A DNA stretch of 28,738 nt from a virus. Taxonomy: Duplodnaviria; Caudoviricetes. A program made the translations under genes and the position numbers. Of the stretch, positions 26,921 to 28,738 are shown in pieces. The notes beneath the pieces were generated by a model. That model was not told where the DNA came from and did no database searches. It saw only the letters and a list, made by a program, of their open reading frames with translations. Location: positions 1-28,738 of IMG/VR virus record IMGVR_UViG_3300032288_003239. The stretch is one strand, 5' to 3'. Within the stretch, counting starts at the first letter, position 1, and every line of letters begins with the position of its first letter.

Positions 26921-27787
26921 ATGAGTGATATTACAAATCAACCAACAAACCAAAATAAAAATCCTTTGGCAAATTGGTTTAGACAGCCTAAAATTTACGT
27001 GAAATTGCCTTCTAAAGGAAAGTTTTACTCAGAGGGCTCACTGGATGTCAGTACTAACGAAGAATATCCAGTATATGCTATGACTGCCAAAGATGAGCTG
27101 ATGTTTAAAACTCCAGACGCACTGCTGTCAGGCCAGTCAACCGTGGAAGTGATCAAGAGCTGTATTCCGGCTATCAAAGATCCTTGGAAGATGCCCAGCA
27201 TTGATTTAGATTTTTGCCTCATCGCTATTCGTATTGCTACCTATGGTGATAAGATGGAAGTCAGTGCACCGTGTCCATATTGCAGCCATAAGAACACATA
27301 TGAGTTAGATCTAAACGCTTGGTTCGCACGATTTGCAAACTTTGAATATTCTGACACCGTCGAAATGCCGCCATTGTCTGTGCATATTCGGCCATACACC
27401 TATCAAGAAGTTACAAAAACAGCAATTAAATCTCTTGAGCAACAAAAGATTTTTCAAATTATCAACGACGACTCAATGAGCGACGAAGATAAAATTGAAA
27501 AGTTTGGTCAGAGTTTTGTTAAACTTACACAGTTAACCGTTGATGTTGTTAGTGATTGCATTTCTAAAATTATTACTCCTGATGGTGAAGTCTCAGATAA
27601 AACAATGATCAAAGAGTTTATCAATAACTGTAGCAGTGAAGTGTTTACTACCTTATCAACACATATCACAACGCTTAAAGAACAAATTGAACTCAAAGCT
27701 CAAAACGTAGCCTGCGAAGAATGTAAGAAAGAATTTGATCTTCCTATCGCAATGGATCAGACAAATTTTTTCGTTCAAAGATCTTAA
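26921..27787 (+). CDS. gp26: T4 gp26/gp51-family baseplate hub assembly protein / tail assembly chaperone (288 aa)
   Basis: VKLPSKG, AMTAKDE and DLDFCLIAIRIATYG...CPYC motifs; second CxxC (CEEC); ends NFF; divergent from the tape measure gene. Confidence 0.75.
   Translation: MSDITNQPTNQNKNPLANWFRQPKIYVKLPSKGKFYSEGSLDVSTNEEYPVYAMTAKDELMFKTPDALLSGQSTVEVIKSCIPAIKDPWKMPSIDLDFCLIAIRIATYGDKMEVSAPCPYCSHKNTYELDLNAWFARFANFEYSDTVEMPPLSVHIRPYTYQEVTKTAIKSLEQQKIFQIINDDSMSDEDKIEKFGQSFVKLTQLTVDVVSDCISKIITPDGEVSDKTMIKEFINNCSSEVFTTLSTHITTLKEQIELKAQNVACEECKKEFDLPIAMDQTNFFVQRS
27763..27772 (+). other. Candidate -1 programmed ribosomal frameshift site (A AAT TTT TTC)
   Basis: Two overlapping, correctly phased X XXY YYZ heptamers (A AAT TTT and T TTT TTC) a few codons before the stop. 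The -1 frame is open from here to 27999. Confidence 0.65.
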
Positions 27788-27999
27788 ACCTGCCCTGGTC
27801 TGAGGTCTTGGCAATTTCCGAATCTCTGGACAAGGAAGCTAGGGCCATTAAAAAAGATTGTCTAAAAATATGTTGGTATATGCGAGGACTTTCTTTTAGT
27901 GAAGCCATGAATCTAAGTTGGGAAGAAAGAGAAATTGTTGGTGAGATTATTAAAGAAAATCTTGAAACAACTAAAAAAAGCGGACTGCCTTTCTTTTAA
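27769..27999 (+). CDS. Small gp51-like / P2 E'-like ORF, probably expressed as a -1 frameshift extension of the upstream gene
   Basis: The -1 frame reads FRSKILNLPWSEVLAISESLDKEARAIKKDCLKICWYMRGLSFSEAMNLSWEEREIV...GLPFF. The track start is TTG 27808, with GAGG only 2 nt away. Confidence 0.7.
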   Translation, partial: FRSKILNLPWSEVLAISESLDKEARAIKKDCLKICWYMRGLSFSEAMNLSWEEREIVGEIIKENLETTKKSGLPFF

Positions 28000-28394
28000 T
28001 ATTTTTTACTGAGATTTAATAAAATCTGTTTTTGATTTTTGTCTAGAGGTTGCTGTTTTGAAGCTGCTGTTAATGCTTCCGCTTCTGCAGAACCTTCTTG
28101 ATATTTTGATGATAATTGTTGAAGTCTCACTAGATCATCTCTAAATAATTCTTTTCCTGATCCAGCGTTAACTAAAGATGTTTTAAAAAGATGAGGTGAC
28201 GTTTTTTTCACCGGAGCTTTTTGAGTTGGTGTTTCTGGTTCGTCTTTTTCGATATTCTTTTTATTAAACCATTGCGTTGGAGAAAATAATTTGTTTACAG
28301 CATCTGCACCTGTAGATATGTTATTAACGCTGAGTTGTGCTACATCGCCTACATCTTTAGGTAAGGCTTCTGCAACTACATCTTTTATTTTCAT
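27996..28394 (-). CDS. Hypothetical protein (132 aa), possible internal head protein
   Basis: TAATG overlap with the upstream gene; the MKIKDVVAE start resembles a capsid-targeting leader. Confidence 0.7.
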   Translation of the reverse strand: MKIKDVVAEALPKDVGDVAQLSVNNISTGADAVNKLFSPTQWFNKKNIEKDEPETPTQKAPVKKTSPHLFKTSLVNAGSGKELFRDDLVRLQQLSSKYQEGSAEAEALTAASKQQPLDKNQKQILLNLSKKY

Positions 28395-28738
28395 TATCGT
28401 ACTCGGAAAATACTAATTTTACCTTCGGCAACCATTCTGCGTTTTTCTTCTGCAATGGCTTTCATTAGAGTTTCAGCAAGACTATTGCCTTTTCTAATAA
28501 TGCTATCTGATGTTGGACCCATAACACGTTCACGTTCTGCATCAATCTCAGCCTGTGACTGTTGTGGTGCAGGTGCTGCTGCTGATTTTTTATTTCTTGG
28601 TTTTCTAGCTGCAACTGTTTTTTCTCTTGCTGCTCTTTGTGCTGCAACTTCTTCTGGAGATCCTCCGGCTGCGGCTACTCTTGCATCGGCTGCATTTTGC
28701 TCTGCAGATGTAGGAGTAGCATCATCGCCAGGTACTCC
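28394..28738 (-). CDS. C-terminal part of an Ala/Glu/Pro-rich low-complexity protein (5'-truncated by window edge)
   Basis: Open frame from the edge: GVPGDDATPTSAEQNAADARVAAAGGSPEEVAAQRAAREK...RRMVAEGKISIFRVR, stop at 28394-28396, overlapping the next ATG. Not in the ORF track. Confidence 0.75.
   Translation of the reverse strand, partial: GVPGDDATPTSAEQNAADARVAAAGGSPEEVAAQRAAREKTVAARKPRNKKSAAAPAPQQSQAEIDAERERVMGPTSDSIIRKGNSLAETLMKAIAEEKRRMVAEGKISIFRVR

Noticed and set aside
4942-28396. Possible stop-codon reassignment (22 of 23 called genes end in TAA, one in TGA, none in TAG)
   Set aside because: No gene is interrupted by an in-frame TAG or TGA, and long ORFs translate intact under code 11. 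This shows TAA preference, not recoding.
28465-28647. 60-aa minus-strand ORF in the track
   Set aside because: It is an alternative frame of the longer open frame 28394..>28738, which is coupled to the next gene by TAATG.
1-28738. CRISPR array, tRNA, rRNA, IS or integrase
   Set aside because: The window is almost fully coding, with gaps of 135 nt or less. I saw no spaced direct repeats, cloverleafs or mobile-element genes.

Overview
Virion-structure region of a large, distantly T4-related myovirus (tailed dsDNA phage), almost entirely on the minus strand. Read right to left, it holds two putative internal-head proteins, a divergent + strand gp26-like hub/tail-assembly gene, a tape-measure-like gene, portal (gp20), a small core-like gene, a sialyltransferase/Maf-like gene, an acidic prohead core protein, prohead protease (gp21), scaffold (gp22) and major capsid protein (gp23) with a UUCG terminator. 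These are followed by a block of fibre/adaptor genes and two giant paralogous carbohydrate-binding proteins (2060 aa and >1630 aa; the latter runs off the window and is missing from the ORF track). T4-type late promoter cores (TAAATA) sit in most of the larger intergenic gaps. The most notable observations are: a candidate -1 ribosomal frameshift (A AAT TTT TTC) joining the gp26-like gene to the next ORF in lambda G/GT fashion; two structured 5' leaders that I cannot assign to a family; phycobiliprotein-like C-x-R-D helical repeats in a giant virion protein; a glycosyltransferase inside the head operon; leaderless late genes; and repeated fibre+adaptor cassettes. All protein calls come from motif recognition and synteny; no database search was run.
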